DNA from: Octopus vulgaris | Taxonomy: Eukaryota | Assembly: GCA_951406725.2 (NCBI GenBank) | Contig: OX597820.1 | Coordinates: forward strand, 119,350,001-119,414,000 | Direction: 5' to 3' | Length of the DNA stretch: 64,000 nt | Notes under the pieces: model-generated | Seen by the model: only the letters and a program-made list of their open reading frames with translations | Told to the model about the DNA's origin: nothing | The model's database searches: none | In this document: one piece after another, positions 53,526 through 64,000 of the stretch | How the letters are laid out: every line of letters begins with the position of its first letter | Numbering within the stretch: the stretch's first letter is position 1 | Made by a program: the position numbers and the translations under genes

Positions 53526-54041
53526 ATCAATAAATAATTCACTCACACAATACGCCTAATTTTATCTCTGGGATCTTTTCGGTTTGAACGGCAGTTTTAA
53601 CATAATTTCTAGGTAACTAAAAAATTTTAAACTTCGTATACTGGTAGAATGTGTTTACAAAACATCTCTTTCTCTTGTCTTTATTGAGAAAATTCTATAG
53701 TTTGGAAGATATTTGTTGTTTTTTTCTTCAATTTCTGCAATTTCAACCAATCACTGACGTCTATTGAGGTAAACAAATATTCTGTGCCGTATAAATATGT
53801 CCCTCGTTTAAGAAACAGATTGGGTTTATTTACATTTGTGAAGAAAAAAAGATACCCTTCCCCCCACCCCTTACACATTGAATCTTGAGACAACTTTACC
53901 CAATTTTATATACTTCCAATCACAGGAAACTTATACTGTGTATTCCCTTCTCTTTTGCTTGCTTGTTTGTCTATGTCTGATTGGGTCGCTCTCGCATGCA
54001 AGACTCCAAAAGCTCAAACAAAAAATCCTGAGATAAAGAGA

Positions 54042-54103
<62 letters not shown>

Positions 54104-54132
54104 TAATAATAATAATAATAATGATAATAATG

Positions 54133-54163
<31 letters not shown>

Positions 54164-54210
54164 TAATAATAATAATAATAATAATAATGATAATAATAAT
54201 AATAATAATG

Positions 54211-54259
<49 letters not shown>

Positions 54260-54279
54260 TAATAATAATAATAATAATG

Positions 54280-54328
<49 letters not shown>

Positions 54329-54352
54329 TAATAATAATAATGATAATAATAA
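54042..54352. repeat. (AAT)n with periodic GAT interruptions
   Basis: Visible. Confidence 0.95.
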
Positions 54353-54354
54353 TT

Positions 54355-54932
54355 TACACCACTAACCCAAAAGGAATATATGATACACCACAACAATATA
54401 GCCAGGTTTGTCCATTGGACAGTTTACAACAAGTATGGACTTGACAGAGCAAAAAATTGGTACGACCACAAACCTGAAGGCATCGTCGAAAAGAGAAATG
54501 TAAAGATTCTACCAGATTTTATGATTCAGTGCGACCGTGAGATAGAGAATAGGGAGCCAGAGAAAGAAAACAAACTATCCTGGATCATAAGATATAGCAT
54601 GCCCAGCTAACAACAAAGTATGCGATAAGGAAGAAAGAAAAGTCGAGAGATATGACAGGTTAGCTTGGGTGGTAAAGCAGTTGTGGTCGATGAAAAAGGT
54701 AAAAGTAGTATCAATAATTGTCGGAGCCATGGGAACAGTGAGCAAAAATCTCGAGAAGTATGTGGAACAAATAGGGGCTGCAATAAGGGTGGAACACCTG
54801 CAGAAAAGAGCACTGCTTGGAACCGCTCGAATACTCCAGAAGTTGCTCGAAAAATAAGAGGTGTTACCTTAGTTCACTGTTAGTGAACAGCTGACACTGT
54901 AGTACATCTCCAGTGTTAAAAGCTGTGCAAAA

Positions 54933-54933
<1 letters not shown>
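54355..54933 (+). mobile_element. Dong/R4-clade non-LTR element 3' end embedded in (AAT)n
   Basis: HNNIARFVHW...WYDHKPEG...KIL.DFMIQCD...IIVGAMGTVSKNL...LQKRALLGTARIL (restriction-like endonuclease); (AAT)n on both sides. Confidence 0.92.
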
Positions 54934-55010
<77 letters not shown>

Positions 55011-55534
55011 CAATAATAATAATAGTACCCTGCGTTTGTAATTTATTAAGAATTTTAAAAGCCTGTGGGACTAATCCCCCTACAGATAATCAGGTATGCA
55101 GATATCCATGTTTGAATTTAACCAGTAACTGGCATCCCCTAATGCTTCACGGACGCGGCAAATGTACGGGATTGTTTATCTTTCGAGGTGTATCCATGAG
55201 GGGAGAAAGTGTAAGTGTACAAGGGGTTAGGAATTTGCTTCTGGAAACAGCTGAGTTAGAGCAGAGGTGGTTATATTGCTGTATCTTCTGTACCGTCAAC
55301 CAATAACGGAATTGGTCAATCGTGTATTATGAATGAAGGGAAGAGTACGAACTACTTTTCGTTAATGCAATCTCAAGACTACAGCCTTTCTGTGATTTTC
55401 AAGCTGGTTTACTATCAACAAGAGAATGCATTCATTCCTCCGCTTTGACCGTTGTGCTATTGTTCTCGTCTGGCTAAATTCTAAATTTCGGGAATTGTTC
55501 TGTTATTGGTTTCTGTTACTTCTCTTGTTGGCGA

Positions 55535-55624
<90 letters not shown>

Positions 55625-55664
55625 CACTACTACTACCAACACCACCACCACCACCACCACCACC

Positions 55665-55751
<87 letters not shown>

Positions 55752-55752
55752 A
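55535..55752. repeat. (CTA)n/(CCA)n/(CTG)n microsatellite
   Basis: Visible. Confidence 0.95.
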
Positions 55753-55754
55753 CC

Positions 55755-56360
55755 ACAGGCTCCAAATTTTTGCACAAGGCCATAAATTTCGGAGAAGGGG
55801 TTAAGTTGTTTAAAGAGATAGTGCTCAGATTGGTACTTTTTTTTTTAATATCGACCTCGACTGGATGAAAGACAAAGTCGGCTTCTGCAGAATTTGAACT
55901 CAGGGCGAACGAAATGCCCCCAAGCATCTTGCGTGGCGTGCTATCGATCGTGCCTGTTCGCCGATTTAAACTACTACTACTAATATTCTTGTTTATTCTA
56001 GGCACAATGCACAAGATTTTTGGGGCGGGGTGCCAGTCGATTAGGCCGACACCAGTACGTAAGTGGCACTTAATTTATCGACTCCGAAAGGGTGAAAGGT
56101 AAAGTCGACCTCGGCTGGCTACGAGTAATGTTATTAATATTACTAATCTGAGATGACGAGCTGGATGAAGCGCTAGTTAAGCCGGACAAAATGCTTAATG
56201 GCATTTCATTCGAATTTACGTTCTGAGTTCAAATTCCGTTGAGGTCGACTTATCCGTTTACCCTTTCAGGGTCGATAAAATAATTACAAGTTTAGCACTG
56301 GGGGGGTCGATGTAATATACTTATCCCTTCCCCACTAAATTGCTGGCATTGGTCCAAAAT
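55755..56360. mobile_element. Cluster of three older SINE family C copies (55755-55965 minus, 55985-56115 minus, 56152-56360 plus)
   Basis: gaaag.caaagtcg.c / gttctgagttcaaattcc...gggtcgataaaa motifs. Confidence 0.8.
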
Positions 56361-56443
56361 CCTCCTCCTCATCATCATCTTCATCGTCATCATCACCATC
56401 ATCATCATCATCACCACCATCATCATCATCATCATCACCACCG

Positions 56444-56482
<39 letters not shown>

Positions 56483-56486
56483 CCAC

Positions 56487-56518
<32 letters not shown>

Positions 56519-56545
56519 CCACCACCATCATCATCATCACCACCG

Positions 56546-56581
<36 letters not shown>

Positions 56582-56760
56582 CCACCATCATCATCATCAT
56601 CATCACCACTACCACCATCATCATCATCACCATCATCATCATCACCACCACCACCACCACCATCATCATCGTCATCATAATTATTATTATTATTATTATT
56701 TATATTATTATTATTATTATTATTATTATTGTTACTATTATTATTATTTTTATTATTATT
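56361..56760. repeat. (CCT)n/(CAT/CAC)n/(TAT)n microsatellite at a SINE tail
   Basis: Visible. Confidence 0.95.
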
Positions 56761-57149
56761 GATATATCTGGTTATCTAAAAGTTGATTGTTGTGTTTCAT
56801 ATCCTTTTTTTTTTAGTCAAATTCATTATTATATCCAGTCACAATGAAATACTTATTAACTGACTAATTCAGTGATTGCCTTCGCTCTTTATAGTGATTA
56901 CATTATTATACCCGGTTTTAGTCTGCTAATTACATCATTGCATCCATGCTCCTCAATTTGTTCTGCTCATTCCTGTTAATTTCGTTATTTTGTCTCAGTG
57001 ATTTTCTGTTGTTGTATTAACTCTACTGGGTACGGGTATTTTTTTTTCATTGCTTAATTACTAATATTATTTAATTTTCTTCTTTTCATTGACCAATTTG
57101 GCAGATTTTCAAATTATTTTTAGAATTTTATGTTACATCTATGCGATTA

Positions 57150-57480
57150 AGTGAGGGAAAATAATGGACTTTAGACCGGGAATGCGCTTAAACAAATATA
57201 CCTTCTTCCTTCAGGAGAAATACACACAATATCCAACAACATCAGGATCTAAAGATTGATTGTTGACGATAATCTCAGCTGGAATGCCCAAATCAGCAAT
57301 AAAGACAATATAATCCGCAGGATGAGCTCCTTGAGCCTCAGAACTTTCCAACCCAGCGAGCTAGATATCATCATTCTTCTCTTCTCCTCGCTTGCATGGT
57401 CACACATAGAACACTGTTGTTCCCTGTAGTCCTACACTCCAAAAAACAAAATATTATGAGCATTGAGTTATCCAAGAAGA
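57150..57480 (+). mobile_element. CR1-like LINE RT C-terminal fragment
   Basis: LIVDDNLSWNAQI...RRMSS..LRTF...IILLFSSL..SHIEHCC. Confidence 0.8.
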
Positions 57481-57557
57481 CTATCTTCAGCCAAGCCCTT
57501 TTTAATCCATAATCCACAGGGACACCTACCTCCCCTGTACGATACAATATATTTCAG

Positions 57558-57632
57558 AAGCGATCAAATTTTAGAAACAGAGTGGGAGATATAAAGAAGG
57601 ATTTAGATGTTGATAGCCAGATCAATTTTCAG
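57558..57632 (+). CDS. Candidate internal coding exon (75 nt, phase 0-0): KRSNFRNRVGDIKKDLDVDSQINFQ
   Basis: Acceptor atatttcAG, donor CAG|GTAAAT, open frame, purine-rich non-repetitive sequence. Confidence 0.4.
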
Positions 57633-59189
57633 GTAAATAGAAAGTGTGACAATAGTTATACACTAATTTTATAAGCTTTACTCATCTCTACCATAAAAGT
57701 CAGCACTGATGTTTCAAACTACTATGTATATTTTTTTGCACAAAAATTGTAATATTTGTGTTTAAATCTGTTGTGTAAGGTCTAATGTATATATAAGAGG
57801 CATTTCTTACTTATAGCGTGGAGTACAAAGTTAGTTTCTTTGCTTGAAAGATTGAACATTTTCTAATGACTATTTACCGGATAAATTGTTAAAACAGATC
57901 AATAAATCCTGAGACGAAATGGCTGAATTTATCTATGGCATATATACATAAACAAATCTAAACGGGTGCATAATTTTCATCAATGTCTTATTTTATAGCT
58001 ATATATTAATGTTGCTGATGTTGTTCTTATACATTTATGTCTTCCATTGTTAGTTGAGGATTCTATTTTCCTTCTTTGTGTTAAATATAACAATATAATT
58101 TTATGAATTATTTTATAATATGTATCATTGTTATTCCATCTGATCACTATTAATAAAATTCTTATTGTAGGAACGCACCGACGCTGCGGCACCGCAGAGT
58201 ATAGTGGCTGACAACAGTAAGCTGATTTCTTTATCTTTTCCTAGACATTTCTTACTGCAATTTCCCTCTTTGATCGAATTTAGTTTTTGGTCACACTCAG
58301 AGAATAGGTGAGCCTTGGGGATGCAGAATAGCAACGCAACTCATTTGACAGCCGCAGCATAATATATTCAATTGAGGGAATTTCAGTTTTCACAGTCTTT
58401 AGAGACTCGCTGTAAAACATGAGTGCTGAAGGCCTGGGAATGTTTCTGTATGTCATGAGGATAGTATTCTCTTCTGGAACATCTGGGATTAAGAGCTATT
58501 TCTAAAAATTCATGGCCTGATTTTATTAGTATTCTAGGTGTAAAAACTCAAGACATAGCCATGACTGTGCTACCAGTGACTATAATTAGCCAAGATTCTT
58601 GAAGAGCTTCGAAACTGTCAGATAAAAACTCTTCTGTTATTGGTAAGGAACAGTGGCAATCCTCTTTTTATTTCTGGAGGCTATGACACAGCAAGTTGCA
58701 TGAGGTGTCCATCGCAGTGTATGAGAAACGAGAACACAGCAATACCTTCCATAGTTTATTTGATACATCTAATATACTTATCGGAAAGATTCCTATCGTG
58801 AAATATAGAAAGAAAACAATCTATCAGTTGAGAGAAAAATGTTTTCGACACATTTACTTATAATAACATTTTTCCCAGAACTCTCTGACTAATCTTATAT
58901 TTGAGAAGGGAAATGTTTCCCGAAATTTAATAGAAAAACCAAACAAATTATGTAAAGCAATGCAGTATCTTCAAGTTACGTTAAACTATTAAAATAAATT
59001 TACATATACCTAATTTCTCACATGCATTCGGTCACCCTAAGTGTCCTTTGGGGTTTTGTCGACACTACACTTCCGGCATTCTAATACGTAGCTGACTCAA
59101 GTCTGTCCATTGCGCATGCGCACTTGCTTGATTCTTCACTTAACAACGTAGTTCGGTGCGAACTTACAACGAAACAGACTATATTTTGC

Positions 59190-60290
59190 GTGCTTGGGAT
59201 CACCTGAAATTAGAGAAGCACACAAACATTATCGACACCTCATGCATGTTTATTGTAAAACCTTGAGGAAGATAAACGTCGTGCGCGGAGAGAATACTGT
59301 TAAGGAATATGTGTGCCAGAAGTGGTTTTCGGACTGGGGGTCGATGTAATCGACTTATCCCTTCCCCACTAAATTGCTGGCATTGGTCCAAAATCCTCCT
59401 CCTCCTCCTTATCATCATCATCGTCATCATTACCACCATCATCATCATCATAAGAATAAAATGAGTGAATATATATTGTTTAGACACCCGTCTACTTCTT
59501 TTGTTTTGTTTTCTGTAAATTCCAACTATATATGCGTGAAGTTATATATCAGGAAATCTTTCGGTTTAAATTGCTATTCGTTCTTACCAACCAAGTGAGA
59601 TTACCAGCAGGATTATCGCAGATATTCCCCAGTTATCCAGGTCAAATATTGAAAATCGTTTTCATCAAATTGGTTACGTCCGTAGGCTCAATGTTTGGGT
59701 CCTACATCAATTGAATGAGGCTAATCTCATTCATCGGATGTCAATTTGTGGTTAGAAACACGAAGAAAATGATCATTTTTAGAATTGAATTGTAACAGCT
59801 GACAAAAGGTGGATCGTCTATAACAATGTGAAACACAAAGGATCAAGACAGAAGCATAGTAAACCACCACAAACGACCTCCAAAGCAGGACTTCACCGAG
59901 GAGTGGGTGATGCTACCAATTTTGTGGGATTGGAAGGCAGTAGATTCTACGAGCTTCTTCTCACGCACAAGACATTCTATTTCGATGTGTACTGCACCAG
60001 TTGAACGAATTAAACGCAGTCACCAACCAGAAGCGTCCAGCACTTGTTGATCTTGAATATGCGAAAGCAAACACATCATTACAGATGCACCAGAGGGCAC
60101 TGGAATTAGCTAGTAAGATTTGAGGAGTATATAAACATTCACCTAGAAGAGTTTTCGCCAATTAAGATAGGGAATACTTTGAGTAGCGAATAATGGATCT
60201 GTCCACAAGATATCGAAAAAATACTTGTTATTCGTTCATTGACAGTAAATCGCTGATTTGTATTTTTAAAAAAAGCAACCAGATTTTTTG
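59190..60290 (+). mobile_element. Degraded mariner transposase interrupted by a patchwork insertion (59333-59549)
   Basis: CQKWF, WVLHQLNEAN (WVPHEL), IVTADKRWIVYNNV, KAGLH, WDWK, YELL and QKRPALV remnants. Confidence 0.88.
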
Positions 60291-60296
60291 GCCAAT

Positions 60297-60698
60297 AGGC
60301 GTAGGAGTGGCTGTGTGGTAAGTAGCTTGCTTACAAACCACATGGTTCCAGGTTCAGTCCCACTGCGTGGCACCTTGGGCAAGTGTCTTCTACTATAGTC
60401 TCGGGACTACCAAAGCCTTGTGAGTGGATTTGGTAGATGGAAACTAGAAAGAAGCCCGTCGTATATATGTGTATATATATATATGTATGCGTGTGTGTAT
60501 ATGTTTGTTTGTCCCCCCAACATCGCTTGAAAACCGATGCTGGTGTGTTTACGTCCCCGTAACTTAGCGGTTCGGCAAAAGAGACCGATAGAATAAGTAC
60601 TAGGCTTACAAAGAATAAGTCCCGGGGTCGATTTGTTCGACTAAAAGCGGTGCTCCAGCATGGCCGCTGTCAGATGACTGAAACAAATAAAAGAGTAA
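60297..60698 (+). mobile_element. SINE family A, full length
   Basis: Matches 6236-6677. Confidence 0.94.
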
Positions 60699-60929
60699 TA
60701 CAATATATGATTTACACATGAAAATGCTTCAAGCAATTTGTAGCAATCTATTCCTTGAATTCATTTTCATTTTTCATTGAACATTGTTAGCGAATCCATT
60801 TCCGTTGGTCCATCCTTTTCGTGACTTTCAGGAAAGTCACAATTATTTGAAATGTATTTGTGGATGCTTTCCATTATATCGTCTCTGAACACACACACAC
60901 ACACATACACACACACACCACCCCGCACA

Positions 60930-61345
60930 CATTAGCACTGGTCACTTCCCAGCACCCACACACCTACACATGCACACACACACATACGTCAAGGTCACCA
61001 GCCCCTATCCACACGCGTACACACGCTCTGACATTCGCACGCGCATCTTCATTTTGGGATCACCACTACTTTCTTTATTACTTCCCCTTCTTCCTAGCTC
61101 TTCTCTCTGACCACTTCTGACCGGCATTCGCCATGATTGATCACGTGCCACTAAACCATTTTTTATTTTCTCTCCCTGTTTATTTCTGTTTTCCTTTCTG
61201 TTAAAGAGCGTAGGCTCGAAACGTAAAAGCCTTTCTCACTTCCTGAGCGTAAAAGTAATACATAAGTTCGTTGTTTAGACACCCGTCTACGTCTTTTGTT
61301 TTGTTTTCTGTAAATTTCAACTATATATGTGTGAAGTTATATATA
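60930..61345 (+). mobile_element. PLE pLTR-type repeat with hammerhead-like motif at 61194-61229
   Basis: cttt-CTGTTAA-a-gagc-gtag-gctc-GAAAC-GTA-aaag; related to 43530-43705. Confidence 0.7.
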
Positions 61346-61384
61346 TTTATGCATATACACATTTATGCATATATACATACATAT

Positions 61385-61566
61385 TTTTTTCCCCTGTCTT
61401 CCCTTTTCGGGATCTTTCCTTCTCCTATGTTTCCGACGAAGAGCTCCGCTCGAAACGTCAAACCCTCCTTCTTCCCTTCTTTTCTGAGCGTCCAATAATA
61501 CTTTATTTGTTCCACGTCCTCGCGTTGTTGTGCTTTTTTTTTTTGTTTTCTTGTTTGGATTAACTT
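61385..61566 (+). mobile_element. PLE pLTR-type short repeat
   Basis: Near-identical to the reverse complement of 29292-29470. Confidence 0.85.
61429..61463 (+). ncRNA. Minimal type I hammerhead motif with C3-C4 core variant
   Basis: gttt-CCGACGA-a-gagc-tcc-gctc-GAAAC-GTC-aaac; helices I and II pair perfectly; GUC cleavage triplet. Confidence 0.7.
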
Positions 61567-61568
61567 TA

Positions 61569-61632
<64 letters not shown>

Positions 61633-62289
61633 GTGTGTGTGTGTGTGTGTGTGTGTCTGTGTCTGTGTGTATGCATACATAAATATATATATTTGTATAA
61701 AATTATGCATCTATATAGACACACCTATATGTTGTTTGTTCATATATATGTGGATAAACGATATTTCTCACTTTTAAGTATGGATATGCATGCTTGATCA
61801 CATACACGCATGAGTTCACTGGAACATTTTGAAATTCAATTGGCCAAACAACTCGTTCGTTCTTCTTTATTAGAGAGCGAAAAGCAAAGGATTGTTAATG
61901 CAATTCACGTCATTAAAGTTGCGAAAGAAAATTTGTATTTTTGTATTTGTTGAGTAATTTTCTTGCCGGAACTTATTGATAAATTACACTTGATTAAGTA
62001 ATAGAAAAAAGAAGATGTTGTCTTCGAGGCGTTTCGCTGTCGACTACATAAACTGCATAACATCCTAAAGATGTGTAAAGAGTGTCAATTAGAATGACAC
62101 ACTCTTCTAAACACACACACACACACACGTACACACGCTCACAAAATATGACGCATACAAACTCAAACAGTCACGTGCACAATATTCGCCTTTGTGAGGT
62201 GGGGCGGCAACATTCTTCTTTTACTTTAATTAAATGTGTGCGTGTGTGTGTGCGCACGTGTGTCTATAAACATTTGAATTACAAATATC

Positions 62290-62388
62290 TCCATGCATAT
62301 ATACACACACATACGCACGCTCACACCCACACAAATATATATTTTTTATATATTTCTGTATGCGTATATGTATGTATATATACATATA

Positions 62389-62453
<65 letters not shown>

Positions 62454-62540
62454 ATGTATATATACGTATGTATATATATATGTGTGTGTATGTATATGTA
62501 TGTATATATATATATATGTGTGTGTGTGTATGTATGTATG

Positions 62541-62607
<67 letters not shown>

Positions 62608-62705
62608 GTATATATATATATACATACATATACATACACACACACACACATATATATATACATACGTATATATACATATACACACACATATATATATATA
62701 TGTAT
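62290..62705. repeat. (TA)n/(TG)n/(CA)n compound microsatellite
   Basis: Visible; source of several artefactual ORFs. Confidence 0.95.
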
Positions 62706-62707
62706 AT

Positions 62708-62898
62708 TTTATTAAATGCAGCAGAAATATCACAAAACTTGTCACTCAGAGTTTCACTTTCCCATTTGTCGGGAATGTGAAACTCTGAGTAACAGTTTTT
62801 CGATATTTCTACTGCTTTTATATAAAGCATATTACTCTACCTCAGGTATTTGAGTACTCTTTATTCCACTTTGTTTCACATTTATATGCTTACTCCGG

Positions 62899-62900
<2 letters not shown>
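62708..62900. repeat. Fold-back repeat in a (TA)n tract with a ~100-nt hairpin (62718-62815)
   Basis: gcagcagaaatatc...actcagagtttcac-tttccc-loop-gggaat-gtgaaactctgagt...gatatttctactgc. Confidence 0.85.
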
Positions 62901-62944
<44 letters not shown>

Positions 62945-63357
62945 GCACTCACTCACACGCATATGTATATTTATTGTTTAGACATACTGACTCGCACAGA
63001 TGGAAACACACACACATACGCAAACAGATACACGCACACGCTTATTCAACTGATACATTTTTTGTAAAGGAAGTTATCACGAATTCTCGACGCATGATGA
63101 AGTGTTTTGCTAAAATTTTCCACAACTGAGACGTTCCAGAATAATACCTATCTTTTTTGCATACTTCACATCGAATCCCAATATTAATAAAATCATTTCT
63201 AAACCGCACTCTTTCTGCAATATATTCAAAATGAATTCCATACTGCATATCCTAGTCTCAATCTGTTCAAAATTTCGTTCAGCTGTTGAGAAAATACCAT
63301 GTATTTTAGTATGATTTTACATACACTGCTTTATCTTGGAAATAAGAATAAAATGAG

Positions 63358-63400
<43 letters not shown>

Positions 63401-63971
63401 TTCTCTCTATTTCACTCTCTCTCTCTCTCTCTCTCTTTTTTTCTCTTTATATATATGTGCGTGTGTATATATCTGTATGTCTGTGTGTCTGTGTATATGT
63501 AACTATTTAAATGCACAAGTATTACGAATTAAGCATGGACGACTCACACACACACACACACACATACACACACACACACGTACAATTTATATAAATTTAT
63601 GTATTTTCTTGGCGAAATAAACAAAAATACATTGATTTTTATCTGAGGCAAACCAACGTTCAGAATTGTACACTATTCTTCGAGTTATCGTAATTAGCAG
63701 TCAAATATCACCACAAGACAACTGCTTCATTTTAAGGACAGACATTGTTGAAGTTCATTTAATACTTTATCTGGGAAAGAAGAAAAAAAAAGTTCGGATG
63801 GAGATTGGGTCGCTTAATGTCATTGATTTGATTCCGTCTGATTGAGACCATCGCTCCAAGCAGAGCAACATCCTCACGTATTAAAATACTGTCGACCGAG
63901 TAAATCAGTTCAGATTTTATAAGCATTATTAGCAAAATGAGTAATGCATATCCTAGTTTGTTTCTTTACAG

Positions 63972-64000
63972 ATCGTGCTATCATTGCAGTAATAGCGAAA
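63972..64000 (+). CDS. Possible exon start truncated by the window end
   Basis: Strong acceptor tttgtttctttacAG. Frame is ambiguous (SCYHCSNSE, RAIIAVIAK or IVLSLQ*). Confidence 0.25.

Noticed and set aside
53560-53875. Probable interspersed repeat (Helentron-associated type?)
   Set aside because: No second copy or diagnostic termini within the window.
58150-58900. Possible L1/Tx1 RT C-terminal remnant (EGLGM)
   Set aside because: Too degraded to support beyond one short motif.
62082-62830. Overlapping YI/CV/HT-rich ORFs here and throughout the track
   Set aside because: Dinucleotide and tetranucleotide repeats lack stop codons; not genes.
63042-63248. ORF containing RCEVCKK (zinc-finger-like)
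   Set aside because: No correctly spaced histidines or linker; a single CxxC is not sufficient.

Overview
AT-rich, microsatellite-dense animal DNA, almost certainly intronic or intergenic. The tRNA-derived SINE families look like those of octopus; this is recognition from memory, not a database hit. No intact protein-coding gene, rRNA, true tRNA or CRISPR array is visible, and most ORFs in the track are microsatellite artefacts. The window is a graveyard of mobile elements: two Tc1-like transposons (one DD37E/TRT-type, one DD34E), several mariner relics, a hAT MITE, five non-autonomous Helitrons, RTE, CR1 and R4/Dong-type LINE fragments, Penelope-like (PLE) fragments carrying minimal hammerhead ribozyme motifs, and three SINE families. 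Two or three short plus-strand exon candidates may belong to a host gene with very long introns. The most interesting signals are mechanistic footprints. (1) Two Helitron insertions are flanked by 12-bp and 107-bp target duplications anchored on homology with the CTAG end. (2) A 217-bp insertion in a mariner is stitched from three nearby loci. (3) One SINE family forms head-to-tail multimers at an invariant internal junction. (4) Hammerheads show family-conserved non-canonical cores. (5) A TSD-flanked PLE insertion carries host-like DNA. (6) There is a nested inverted-repeat complex. Coordinates were read by eye, and ends of degraded elements are approximate.
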